A stretch of 56,426 nt of DNA from Prorocentrum cordatum (Eukaryota), in contig CAUYUJ010000089.1 in the NCBI GenBank assembly GCA_963575745.1, forward strand, positions 62,001 to 118,426, given 5' to 3'. Shown one piece after another: positions 36,388 through 49,560 of the stretch. The translations under genes and the position numbers were made by a program. Below the pieces are notes generated by a model. It saw nothing but the letters and a program-made list of their open reading frames with translations, searched no databases and was not told the DNA's origin. The stretch's first letter is position 1. Every line of letters starts with the position of its first letter.

Positions 36388-37923
36388 CTGGAAGCCGGCG
36401 GTAAACCGTCAACAAGGTTACCGCCGGGGCCCTCGTAGAGCTCTCTTCTCGAACGGCGCTCCTCGGTACACATGAAGGAAGATTCTGGAGCAAAACCCAA
36501 AAAAATCGAAAAATGACGTTTTTATGTTTTTTCCAAAGACGGTTCCGCCAAGTGTTTTGATAGTAATACTGCAGCTACGGACCTGAAAATTGTACTGGCA
36601 GACGCGCCTTATTCCACTACAGGTGCGCAAAATCTGGTTTCTCAAAATAAATTGTCGAATATCTTCAAATATTTGCAAAACCACCCAAAAGTTAACACTT
36701 TGTCCTTTCTGGCCGGGTCGACCAACTGGGCGCCGGCGGTAAACCGTCAACCTTCGTTACCGCCGCAGGACTCGTAGAGCTTCCTGACAACATATAATGT
36801 CGAAAAAAATTGCAGAGAACGAATAGTTTTTCAGCCCAACTCGAGTATCAGACCGAGTTCAGACCTCTGAATGCGACAGACGGACGCGTCTGATGTCTCC
36901 GAATCGATTCCTGTGATTACCCGCCCTGCAGCCTCCCTACAGCCCGAGTTAAGTGCAGAACGCCGACAGTAGCTCTCAAGATGACTGGAAGAATACGAAC
37001 AGTTTCGTGATTCTGGATCGCGCAGCAGACCGAATTCAGAGCTCTGGATTCGACAGACAAACGCGACTGATGATTCTGAATCGGTTTCTGTAACTATCAG
37101 CCCTGTAGCTGTCCTATAGCTCGAGTTAAGTACAGGAAACCGAGAGCGCCTATCAAGATGATTCGAATAATACGAATAGGTTTGCGGACCTGGCTCGGCT
37201 AGCAGACCCAGTTCAGACCTCGGGTTGGAACAGCCGAACGCGCCTGATGATTCTGAGTCGATGAGGCGTGCTTACAAGCTCTGTAGCTGTCCTATATCTC
37301 GAGTTAAGTTCAGCATACCGACAGTGCGAATCAAGATCACTTGAATAATACGAATACATTTGCGGGCCTAGCTGGCTAGCAAGCCGAGTTCAGAGCTCTG
37401 GATTGAACAGGCGAACGCACCTAATCATTCTGCATCGATTAGCTGTGCTTACTTACCAGCTCTGTAGCTGTCCTACAGCTCGAGTTAAGTACAAAATACC
37501 GACAACGCGTATCAAGATGACTCGAAACGGCCGATCCCGCCAAAAATACTAGAGCACAAACGAATAGTTGAATTTCGAGAACAACATTTTTAACCGACCA
37601 AAAGTTGTGAAAAGTTCAGTTCTTTTTTTTCGAGCCAACTGGCGCCGGCTGTGAACCGTCAACCTGGTCAACGCCGGGAACATCGTAGGGCTCCTTTCAC
37701 GCGTAAGAGTGCTCAGAATCGAAAGATAGAGCTTCTGGAAGCATTTCTCGAACAAGGGAAAACATGATTTTTTTCGTGTCGACATGAAGATGGTTCCGCC
37801 AAGTGTTTTGATAGTAAAAGTGCGCCTACAGCGCTCATACTAAGACAGATAGGCCCTCATAGTCGTTTACAGGTGCGAAAAATCTGCTTTCTCAAAATGC
37901 ATTGTCAAATATCTTTCAAAAAA

Positions 37924-38589
37924 CTTGGTAGCGCCCAAAACCCGGAGAGCAAAGAAACACACACTGGCACCGGCGGTGAAACGTCAATCTGGTCATCGCC
38001 GGGAACCTCGTAGAGCTCCTTCCACGCGTAAGAATGCTCAGAGTCGAAGAAGGAAGCTTCTGGAGGCATTTCTCAAAAAAAATAAACATCTATTTTTTTC
38101 ATGTCGACATGAAGTTGGTTCCGCCAAGTGTTTTAATAGTAAATGTGCGCCTACAGAGCTCATATTAAGAGGAAGAGGCCTCACATTCGTCTACAGGTGC
38201 GAAAAATCTGCTTTCTCAGACTAACTTATCAAATATCTTTCAAATATTCGCAAAACTACCCAAAAGTTAACACTTTGTCCTTTCTGGCCGGGTCGACCAA
38301 CTAGCTTCACCCCGCGCCGGAATTCCTCTAGCTCATCGATGGCGAAAAGCTCTACGAGATACCGGAAAGCTTTCCTGGCGAGCCCTCGGACGCTCTCGTG
38401 AAAGCGCCTCTGGGTCTCTGGGGGGAGTCCCCTGCCGCCCTGCTCAAGCGCTGACAGGAACGCTTCTACGCGTGCCTGCGCGCGTGAGGGCACGCGTGAA
38501 CGCGTGCCGGAAGCACTGCCGGACACGCTGCCGGCTCGGGCGAGCCGCTGCGGGGATCGTGGACCGGCGGAGATGGGCTGCTGCCGGGA
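37924..38589 (-). mobile_element. Second family-F element, itself interrupted by a B element (37964-38361)
   Basis: Starts cttggtagcg..aaaacccggagagc and ends ccggga; host split at ctttcaaaaaa|attgcaaaacc. Confidence 0.7.
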
Positions 38590-39852
38590 ATTGCAAAACC
38601 ACCCAAAAGTTACCACTTTGTCCTTTCTGGCCGGGTCGACCAACTGGGCGCCGGCGGTAAACCGTCAACCTTGGTTACCGCCAGGAGACTCGTAGAGCTT
38701 CCTAACTCGACTTACGTTGAGAAGACAGACAGCACTTACCAACAATCTGACTTATAGTCAATAGTTTTTGACCTCTGAATGCGACAGACGGACGCGTCTG
38801 ATGTCTTCGAATCGACTACTATCATTACCAGCCTGCAGCCCCCCTACAGCCCGAGTTAAGTGCGAAAACCGACAGCATCTCTCAGGATGACTCGAACAAT
38901 AGGAATAGTTTCGCGGACCTAGTTCGGGCAGCAGACAGAGTTCAGAGCTCTGTATTCGACAGGCGGACGCGCCTGATGTCTTCAAATCGATCCCAGTGAT
39001 TACCAGCCATGCAGCCCCTCTACAGCCCGAGTTAAGGCCAGATAACCAACAGCATCTCGCAAGCGACTCGAACAATACGAATAGTTTCGCGATTCTAGAT
39101 CGGGCAGCAGACCGAGTTCAGAGCTCTGGATTCGACAGACAAACGCAACTGATGATTCTGAATTCGTGCCTGTGAATATCAGCTCTGTAGCTGTCCTACA
39201 GCTCGAGTTAAGTGCAGAAAACCGAGAGCGTCTGTCAAGATGACTCGAATAATTCGAACAGGTTTGCGGACCTAGCTCGGCTAGCAGACCGAGTTCAGAC
39301 CTCTGGGGTCAACAGGCGAACGCGCCTGATCATTCTGCATGTATTAGCTGTGCTTACCAGCTCTGTGACTGCCCTAAAGCTCGAGTTATGTTCAGAAAAC
39401 CGTCAGCGCATATCAAGACAACTCAAAACGGCCGATCCCGCCACCGTGCTTTTCGATAGTAATATTCACCCGATCGAGCTGAGATCAAGATGGCGAGCGG
39501 GAATAAGATCGAATATCACGGGAAAACAAAATAGAGCTCAAACGAGTTGTTGAATTTCGAGAATAAAACTGGCGCCGGCGGTGAACCGTCAACCTCGTCA
39601 TCGCCGGGAACCTCGTAGAGCTCCTTCCACGCGTAAGAGTGCTCATAGTCGAAAGAACGATTTTCTAGAAGCGTTTTTGGAAGAAGAGAAAATTTGGTTT
39701 TTTTCGTGTCGACATGAAGATGGTTGCGCCAAGTGTTTTGATAGTAAAAGTGCGCCGACAGAGCTCGTATTAAGACGGAGAGGCCTTCATAGTTATTTGC
39801 AGGTGCGAAAAATCTGCTTTCTTAAAATGAATTGTCAAATATCTTTCAAATA

Positions 39853-40898
39853 TGGGCGCCGGCGGTAAACCGTCAACCTTGGTTACCGCCGGGGAACTCG
39901 TAGAGCTTCCAAGCTCGACTTAAGTTGAGAAAACCGACAGCATCTACCAACATTCTGACTCATACTGAGTATTTTTTGGCCTCTGAATGCGACAAGCGGG
40001 CGCGTCTGATGTCTGCGAATCGACTCCTGTCATTACCAGCCCCGCAGCCCCCCTACAGCCCGAGGTCAGTGCGGAAAACCGACAGCATCTCTCAGGATGA
40101 CTCGAACAATACAGTAGTTTCGCGAACCTAGTTCGGGCAGCAGACCGAGTTCCGAGCTCTGGATTCGACAGGCGGACGCGCATGATCTCTTTAAATCGAT
40201 TCATATGATAACCAGCACTGTAGCCCCCTCTCAGCGCAAGTTCAGTGAAGGAAACCGAGAGCACTTCTCAAGATGAACCGACCAATACGAATAATTTCGC
40301 GATTCTAGATCGGGCAGAAGACCGAGTTCAGAGCTCTCGATTCGACAGACAAACGCAACTGACGATTCTGAATCAGTTTCTGTAAACATCAGCTCTGTAG
40401 CTGTCTTACAGCTCGAGATAAGTACAGAAAACCGAGAGTTTCTGTCAAGATGACTCGAATAATACGAATAGGTTTGCGGACCTAGCTCGGCTCACAGACC
40501 GAGTTCAGACCTCTGGATTCAACAGGCGAACGCGCCTAATCATTCTGCATCGATTAGCTGTGCTTACCAGCTCTGTAGATGTCCTAAAGCTCGAGTTATG
40601 TTGAGAAAACCGTCAGCGCGTATCAAGATGACTCGAAACGACCGATCCCGCCAGAGTGCTTGTTGGCTTTCAAAGTTACCCGATCGAGCTGAGATCAAGA
40701 TGGCAGGCGGGAATAAAATCGAATATCACGGGAAAAAATACTAGAGCTCTAACGAATGTTCAAATTTCGAGAACAAAATTTTCAACCGACCAAAGGTCAG
40801 CAAAAGTTCCGTCGAGATTTTTCTTGCCAACTAGCTCTCCAGCGCGCCGGAATTACTCTTAAGCTTCCAGCAACTAGCTTGGGAAGCTCTACGAGTCA
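39853..40898 (-). mobile_element. Complete long-family (C) element
   Basis: Both termini; host split at ctttcaaata|ttcgcaaaacc. Confidence 0.8.
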
Positions 40899-43025
40899 TT
40901 CGCAAAACCACCCAAAAGTTGTCACATTGTCCGCCTCGGCCGGGTCGGCCAACTAGCTCCACCCCGCGCCGGAATTCCTCTAGCTCATCGATGACGAAGA
41001 GCTCTACGAGATATTTTCAACCGACCAAAAGTCAGCAAAAGTTCCGTCGAGACTGGGCGCCGGCGGTAAGCCGTCAACCTTGGTTACCGCCGGGGAACTC
41101 GTAGAGCTTCCAAGCTCGACTTAAGTTGAGAAAACCGACAGCACCTACCAACATTCTGACTGATAGTGAATATTGTTTGACCTCTGAATGCGACAAGCGG
41201 ACGCGTCTGATGTCTGCGAATCGACTCCTGTCACTACCAGCCCCGCAGCCCCCCTACAGCCCGAGGTCAATGCAGAAAACCGACAGCATCTCTCAGGATG
41301 ACTCGAACAATACAATAGTTTCGCGAACCTAGTTCGGGCAGCAGACCGAGTTCCGAGCTCTGGATTCGACAGGCGGACGCGCATGATCTCTTTAAATCGA
41401 TTCATATGAGAACCAGCACTGTATCCCCCCTCTCAGCGCAAGTTGAGTGAAGAAAACCGAGAGCACTTCTCAAGATGACTCGACCAATACGAATATAATT
41501 TCGCGATTCTAGATCGAGCAGAAGACCGAGTTCAGAGCTCTGGATTCGACAGACGAAAGCAACTGACGATTCTGAATCAGTTTCTGTAAATATCAGCTCT
41601 GCAGCTGTCTTACAGCTCGAGTTAAGTACAGAAAACCGAGAGTTTCTGTCAAGATGACTCGAATAATACGAACAGGTTTGCGGACCTAGCTCGGCTCACA
41701 GACCGAGTTCAGACCTCTAGGTTCAACATGCGAACGCGCCTGATCACTCTGCATGCATTAGCTGTGCTTACCAGCTCTGTAGCTGCCCTAGAGCTCGAGT
41801 TATGTTGATAAAACCGTCAGCGCATATCAAGATGACTCGAAACGGCCGATCCCGCCAGAGTGTTTTTTGGCCTCCAAAGTTACCCGAGCTGAGATCAAGA
41901 TGGCGATCGGGAATAAGATCGAATATCACGGGAAAAAATACTAGAGCTCTAACGAATGTTCAAATTTCGAGAACAAATTTTTCAACCGACCAAAAGTCAT
42001 CAAAACTGGGCGCCGGCGGTAAACCGTCAACCTTTCTTACCGCCGGGGGACTCGTAGAGCTTCCTAACAATATATAATGTGGAAAAGGATTTCAGAGAAC
42101 GACTAGTTTTTCAGCCCAAGCGATTATACTCTCAAGATGACTCTAAGAAAACAAACGAACAGGTTTCCAATCGAGCTCGAGTATGAAACCGATTTCAGAC
42201 CTCTGAATGCGACAGGCGGACACGTCTGATGTCTGCGGATCGATTCCTGTGATTACCAGCTCTGCAGCCCCCATACAGCCTGAGTTAAGTGCAGAAAACC
42301 GAGAGTACATCTCAGGATGACTCGAATAATACAACAGTTTCGCGGATCTCGTTCGAGCAGCAGGCTGAGTTCCGAGCTCTCGGTTCGACGAAGGGACGCG
42401 CCTGATGTCTCGAAATCGATTCCTGTGCACGATTTATGTACAGAAAACCGAGAGCACTTATCTTGAGAAACCCGACAGCGCGTATCAAGGTGACTCGAAA
42501 CGGTCGTTCCCGCCTGCCTGCTTTTTGGCCTTCAAAGTTAACCGATCGAGCTGAGATCGAGATGGCGAGCGGGAATAAGATCGAATAGCATGGGAAAAAA
42601 TACTAGAGCTCTAACGAATAGTCAAATTTTGAGCACAAAATTTTCAACCGACCAAAAGTCACCAAAAGGTCCGTCGAGATTTTTCTTGCCAACTAGCTCT
42701 CCAGCTTCCCGGAACTGGCGCCGGCGGTAAACCGTCAACCTGGTCACCGCCGGGAACCTCGTAGAGCTGATTCCACAAGTAAGAGTGCTCGAAGTCGAAA
42801 GAGAGAGCTTCTGGAAGCATTTCTGGAACAAACAGAAAAATTGATTTTTTTCGTGTCGACATGAAGATGGTTCCTCCAAGTGTTTTGATAGTAAAAATGC
42901 GCCTACAGAGCTCATACTAAGACAGAGAGGCCCTCATATTCGTTTACAGGTGCGAAAAATCTGCTTTCTGAAAATGAATTGTCAAATATCTTTCAAAAAA
43001 CTGCAAAACCACCAAAAAGTTACCA

Positions 43026-44652
43026 CTGGGCGCCGGCGGTAAACCGTCAACCTTGGTTACCGCCGGGGAACTCGTAGAGCTTCCAAGCTCGACTTAAGTT
43101 GAGAAAACCGAGAGCACCTACCAACATTCTGACTCATAGTGAATATTTTTTGACCTCTGAATGCGACAAGCGGACGCGTCTGATCAGACCGAGTTCAGAG
43201 CTCTCAATGCGACAGGCGGACGCGTCTGATGTCTGCGAATCGACTCATGTGATTTCCAGCCCTGCAGCCCCCCTACAGCCCGAGTTAAGTGCAGAAACCG
43301 AAAGCATCTCTCAGGATGACTCGAATAATATAATAGTTTCGCAGACCTGTTTCGAGCAGCAGACCAAGTTCTGAGCTCTCGAATCGACCAACGAACGCGC
43401 CTGCTATGTGCAAATCGATTTCTATGACCCGCAGCACTGTAGCTCTCCCCCAGCACGAGTTGAGTGCAGAAAATTGAGAGCACTTTTCACGATAATTCTG
43501 ACAAAACGAATAGTTTCGCGAACCTAGCTCGGGCAGCAGGCCGAGTTCAGAGCTCTCGATACAACAGACAAACGCGCCCGATAATTCTCAATCGATTTCT
43601 GTGACTGTAGGCTCTGTAGCTGCCTACAGCTCGAGTTAAGTACAGAAAATACCGAGAGCGTTTGTCAAGAAGACTCGAATAATACGAATAGATTTGCGGA
43701 CCTAGCTCGGCTAGCAGACCCAGTTCAGACCTCTGGAGTCAAGAGGCGAACGCGCCTGATGATTTTGAGTGCGATAGGAGTGCTTACCGGCACTGTAGCT
43801 GCCCTGCAGCTCGAATTAAGTACAAAATACTCACCACGCGTATCAAGTTGACTCGAATAATACGAATAGGTTTGCGGACCTAGCTCGGCTAGCAGATCGA
43901 GTTCAGACCTATGGATTCAACAGGCGAACGCGCCTGATGATTCTGAGTGCGATAGGTGTGCTTACCAGCACTGTAGCTGCCCTACAGCTCGAGTTAAGTA
44001 GAAATACCGACAACGCGTATCATGTTTACTCGAATAATACGAATAAGTTTGCGGACCTAGCTAGGCTAGCAGACCGAGTTCAGACCTATGGATTGAACAG
44101 GCGAACGCGTCTGATGATTCTAAGTGCGATAGATGTGCTTACCAGCACTGTAGCTGCCCTACAGTTCGAGTTAAGTAGGAAATACCGACAATGCGTATCA
44201 AGTTGACTCGAATAATACGAATAGGTTTGCGGACCTAGCTCGGCTAGCAGACCGAGTTCAGACCTATGGATTCAACACGCGAACGACTGATGATTCTGAG
44301 TGCGATAGCTGTGCTTACCAGCTCTGTAGCTGTTCTACAGCTCGAGTTAAGTACAAAATACAGACAGCGCGTATTAAGATGACTCGAAACGGCCGATCCC
44401 GCCAGTGTGCTTTTTGGCAGTAAAAGGTACCCGATCGAGCTGAAATCAAGATGGCGAGCGGGAATGAGATCGAATATCACGGGAAAAAATACTAGAGCAC
44501 AGACGAATTGTTGAATTTCGAGAACATAATTTTCAACCGACCAAAAGTTGTGAAAAGTTCAGTTCTTTTTTTTCGAGCCAACTAGCTCTCCAGCGCGCCG
44601 GAATTACTCTTAGCTTCCAGCTATAAGTAGCTAAGGGAAGCTCTACGAGTTA
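43026..44652 (-). mobile_element. Complete long-family (C) element with expanded ~177-bp repeats; innermost member of the 8-deep nest
   Basis: Host split at gttacca|ctttgtcc; repeat anchors at 43672, 43850, 44027, 44205 and 44381. Confidence 0.85.
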
Positions 44653-45161
44653 CTTTGTCCTTTCTGGCCGGGCCGGCCAACTAGCTCCACCTCGCGCCGG
44701 AATTCCTCTAGCTCATCGATGCCGAAGAGCTCTACGAGGTATTACTCTTAAGCTTCCAGCAATAACCTGCTAAGGGAAGCTCTACGAGTTAATTCCGTCG
44801 ATATTTTTCTTGCCAACTAGCTCTCCAGCGCGCCGGAATTACTCTTAAGCTTCCATCAACTAGCTTAGGGAAGCTATACGAGTCATTTTTCTTGCCAACT
44901 AGCTCTCCAGCGCCCCGGAATTACTCTAAAGCTTTCAGCAATAACTTTCTAAGGGAAGCTCTACGAGTTACTAGCTCCACCCCGCGCCGGAATTCCTCTA
45001 GCTCATCGATTCCGAAGAGCTCTACGAGGTACTAGCTCTCCAGTGCGCCGGAATTACTCGTAAGCTTCCAGCAACTAGCTTAGGGAAGCCCCACGAGTCA
45101 CTAGCTCCACCCCGCGCCGGAATTCCTCCAGCTCATCGATGCCGAAGAGCTTTACGAGGTA
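44653..45161 (-). mobile_element. Run of seven displaced 5'-terminal fragments closing the nested elements
   Basis: Fragments end at 44741, 44791, 44885, 44970, 45031, 45100 and 45161; each resumes the sequence of an element interrupted upstream. Confidence 0.85.
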
Positions 45162-46868
45162 CTGGGCGCCGGCGGTAAACCGTCAACCTTGGTTACCGCC
45201 GGGGAACTCGTAGAGCTTCCAAGCTGAAAACCGAGAGCACCTACCAACATTCTGACTCATAGTGAATATTTTTTTACCTCTGAATGCGACAAGCGGACGC
45301 GTCTGATGAGACCGAGTTCAGGCCTCTCAATGCGACAGGCGAACGCGTCTGATGTCTGCGAATCGACTCATGTGATTACCAGCCCTGCAGCCCCCCGACA
45401 GCCCGAGTTAAGTGCAGAAAACCGACAGCATCTCTGAGGATGACTCGAATAATATAATAGTTTCGCAGACTGTTTCGAGAAGCAGACCAAGTTCTAAGCT
45501 CTCGAATCGACCAACGAACGCGCCTGATGTGTGCAAATCGATTTCTATGACCCGCAGCACTGTAGCCCTCCCCCAGCACGAGTTGAGTGCAGAAAATTGA
45601 GAGCACTTTTCACCATGAATCGGACAATACGAATAGTTTCGCGAACCTTGCTCGGGCAGCAGGCCGAGTTCAGAGCTCTCGATACAACAGACAAACGCGC
45701 CCGATAATTATCAATCGATTTCTGTGACTGTAGGCTCTGTAGCTGCCTACAGCTCGAATTGAGTACAGAAAATACCCAGAGTGTTTGTCAAGATGACTCG
45801 AATAATACGAATAGATTTGCGGACCTAGCTCAGCTAGCAGACAGACCTATGGATTTAACCGTCGAACGCGCCTGATGATTCTGAGTGCGATAGGTGTGCT
45901 TACCAGCACTGTAGCTGCCCGGCAGCTCGGATTAAGTACAAAATACCCACCACACGTATCAAGTTCACTCGAATGATACGAATAGGTTTGCGGACCTAGA
46001 TCGGCTAGCAGACCGAGTTCAGACCTATCGATTCAGCAGGCGAACGCGCCTGATGATTCTGAGTGCGATAGGCGTGCTTACCAGCAATGTAGCTGCCCTA
46101 CAGCTCGAGTTAAGTAGAAAATATCGACAACGCGTATCAAGTTGACTCGAATGATACGAATAGGTTTGCGGACCTAGCTCGGCTAGCAGACCGAGTTCAG
46201 ACCTATGCATTCAACAGGCGAACGCGCCTGACGATTCTGAGTGCGATAGGTGTGCTTACCAGCACTGTAGCTGCCCTACAGCTCGAGTTAAGTAGAAAAT
46301 ATCGACAACGCGTATCAAGTTGACTCGAATAATACGAATAGGTTTGCTGACCTAGCTCGGCTAGCAGACCGAGTACAGACCTATGGATTCAACAGGCGAA
46401 CGCGCCTCATGATTCTGAGTGCGATAGCTGTGCTTGCCAGCTCTGTAGCTGACCTACAGCTGGAGTTAAGTACAAAATACCGACAACGCGTATCAAGATG
46501 ACTCGAAACGACCGATCCCGCCAGAGTGCTTTTTGGCAGTAAAAGGTACCCGATCGAGCTCAGATCAAGATGGCGAGCGGGAATAAGATCGAATATCACG
46601 GGAAAAATACTAGAGCTCTAACGAATTGTCAAATTTCGAGAACGTAATCTTCAACCGACCAAAAGTTGTGAAAAATTCAGTTCTTTTTTTTCGAGCCAAC
46701 TGGCGCCGGCCGTGAACCGTCAACCTGGTCATCGCCGGGAACCTCGTAGAGCTCCTCTCACTAGTAAGAGTGCAGAGAATCGACACAGAATGAAAAATTG
46801 AGATTTTTCGAAAATCTTCAAACTTATTTTTTTTCAATGTTCATATTCGCTCAGTTCCCGGAAGTCAA

Positions 46869-47270
46869 CTGGAAACCGGCGGTAAACCGTCAACCAGATT
46901 ACCGCCGGGACCCTCGTAGAGCTCTTTTCTATCACCGCGCTTCTCGTAATACATCAAGAGAGCTTCTGGAGCGAGAAACGAAAAAATCGAAGAATCACGT
47001 TTTTTCTGTTTTCAGCCAACGTTGGTTCCCCCAAGTGTTTTGATAGTAATACTGTATCTACAGAACTGAAAATTTTACTGGCGAGTGCGGCATAACTCAC
47101 TACAGGTGCGAAAAATCTGGATTCTCGAAATGAATTGTTAAATATCTTTCAAATATTCGCAAAACCACCCAAAAGTTGTCACATTGTCCGCCTCGGCCGG
47201 GTGGCCCAACTAGCTCCACCCCGCGCCGGAATTCCTCTAGCTCATCGACGACGAAGAGCTCTACGAGGTA
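46869..47270 (-). mobile_element. Complete short element, family E (related to the one opening at 36388)
   Basis: Both termini; host split at gaagtcaa|ctcat. Confidence 0.8.
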
Positions 47271-47625
47271 CTCATGCAAAAATGCATCGAGAGAGCTGAG
47301 CTGCTGTCAGAATGGAGTTCATATGCCAATGCTCGGCGTAAAAATCTGCTTATTCAAAATAAATGGTCAAATATCTTTCAAATTTTCGCAAAACCACCCA
47401 AATGGGCGCCGGCGGTAAACCGTCAACCTTGGTTTTGTTTGTTTGTTTGCGCTCCTGTGCACCAGCTGTAAAGCAGCTGGAGGAGAACGAGTCCCGAAGC
47501 AGCGAACGCAGCGAACGGGCAACGCACAAAGCGTTCAGGCGGCACACCTACACAGTGAACCTCCTTTGAAGGTCAGGCAACGTTTCAACGATCGGAGTTA
47601 AGGGGAAAGCAGAGCAGAAAGAAGA

Positions 47626-49203
47626 TTACGAGTAGCCTACTACACAATACTCATGTGGCGCAGGATAAAAGTAAAAGGCACACATCTCATCATAAGTCCA
47701 GCCGTATGGATGCCAGTCGAAATCCATAAGCTCCGATGGTGCAGGCATATGGCACAGGTCCATGTACGACCACTCCAGTTCTTCAAATCTCGCACTGGAC
47801 ATTTGCGGATTCCGCACCGCCTCCTCGACTGAGACAGCATTGTGCAGCATACCGAGCAGGGGAAGGACGTCGGCGAGTCGCATATGTAGTAACTTCGTAC
47901 CGCAAATGACGTCCCCCATAGCGACATACGTGCGCACGACCACTGTGAAAGGGTCGAAGAACTTCGCACATCCCAAGTCAACATACAGTGGGTGCCGTTG
48001 GACCTCTGGGGACGCCGCAAGAATGGAGCCCACCTCGGACTTGCTGACCCTGCGGATACACTTGAACTCATTCTCAGCGCCCATAAGGAGAAAACCCTCC
48101 AACGGCGTCCCAAGAGACTCACTCAGACCAGCATAACCCGCATACCCGCTCTCTGGGTGGAGGACGTCCTGGAGATTCTCGCCACTCGCAGCCTCCCTCC
48201 AAGCACCAACAATGAAACATATAGGCACCCAAGTATCGTGTACATCATCTGCGCAGCACGTCACCAGTTCCCGCGGCGCAGGGAACTCAATATCATAAGT
48301 GGGAACACAGCCTGGATTCAATACAACATTGAGCGTGACATCGGAATCTGCCTGCACTTTGGGCGTCGAAGAAAACTCTGCACTCGAAAGAGGTACCGCG
48401 GGAAGCAACGAGTGAGCCCTTACATCAGCCAAAGAAGCACTCTGCGCACAGCCAGGGTTCGATACCACAGCGAGCGTGACATCGGATACTGCCTCCAACT
48501 CCTCCTCCGCCTCCTCCGTCACTTTCCCAAGAACAGTTCCTGAAGCTTCTCCCTCCATCCCAAAAACACTCTCTGTCTGACAGCCGACTTCAAAGGGCTC
48601 CAGAGGATAAGATGAAAGAAGTGCATACACGTCCGAAGAAGATGAGACCACTGCCTTCACATCAGAAGAAGATGAGACCACTGCCTTCACATCAGAAGAA
48701 GAAGATGAAAGAACTGCATACATGTCAGAAGAAGATGAGACCACTGCCTGCACATCCTCGCAAGTGAACTGAGTTTGCACGCCGGCACCCATTGAAGAAA
48801 CTGGAATGCTTTGAGAATTCACTTGGACCTCAGCATCCATTGAAGACACTCGAATGCTTGGAAAGGGGGAATGCACTTCGTCAACCTGGACACCAGCATC
48901 AATTGAAAATACTCGAATGCTTTGAGAAGGATGTTCGACCTCGTCAACCTGGACCCCAGCATCAATAGCAGAAGAAAAACCGCGAAGTGCAACGGAATCA
49001 ACTATCGGGCAGCTATCAGAGGGATGGAGTAATGCTGTCAACAACTCATTCGCCTGAGCATCCAACTCTGCATGCAAGACCGTGTCGCGGGCGACTAGGC
49101 CTTCGAGCACCAACGGAAGAGGACAATTCGGTCGAACCCATTTAAGTTGACAAGCCCGAGCCCGACGCAAACACCTGGATGCGAGACTCCGCACATGAGG
49201 CAT
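47626..49203 (-). CDS. Intronless ~525-aa acidic, Ser/Val-rich hypothetical protein with internal repeats
   Basis: Uninterrupted ORF (first ATG at 49203); repeats DAGVQVDEV, DVKAVVSSSS and SDVTLxVVxNPGC; no APE or RT motifs. Confidence 0.6.
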   Translation of the reverse strand: MPHVRSLASRCLRRARACQLKWVRPNCPLPLVLEGLVARDTVLHAELDAQANELLTALLHPSDSCPIVDSVALRGFSSAIDAGVQVDEVEHPSQSIRVFSIDAGVQVDEVHSPFPSIRVSSMDAEVQVNSQSIPVSSMGAGVQTQFTCEDVQAVVSSSSDMYAVLSSSSSDVKAVVSSSSDVKAVVSSSSDVYALLSSYPLEPFEVGCQTESVFGMEGEASGTVLGKVTEEAEEELEAVSDVTLAVVSNPGCAQSASLADVRAHSLLPAVPLSSAEFSSTPKVQADSDVTLNVVLNPGCVPTYDIEFPAPRELVTCCADDVHDTWVPICFIVGAWREAASGENLQDVLHPESGYAGYAGLSESLGTPLEGFLLMGAENEFKCIRRVSKSEVGSILAASPEVQRHPLYVDLGCAKFFDPFTVVVRTYVAMGDVICGTKLLHMRLADVLPLLGMLHNAVSVEEAVRNPQMSSARFEELEWSYMDLCHMPAPSELMDFDWHPYGWTYDEMCAFYFYPAPHEYCVVGYS

Positions 49204-49560
49204 CTGGCACAAACAAAACCACAAATGATAGGTATATGGCAGAAAACTGAAGGGAGATGTGTGAGGACACCTGAGAGATCACAACAATGATATACTGCAA
49301 ATTGAACAATATGCAATCCACTCAAGGCAGATCTGAAAGAACCGAGACTTACGAGCACCACTCTGGGCAGTGAGGAACAAGTCAGCGTATACAAATTGCC
49401 GCCGCCGAACCGCAACGAGAAATGAATATGAGAGGCCAACAATGACAAGCAAGATGTACAGGGAGATGGGCAGTTGCGTAAGCAGAGCAAAACAACACGC
49501 TAGCTCAACGTTCACCTTCGCGGAGGTTCCCCAGGCAGGAGAAAATGAACGTAGCGGAGC

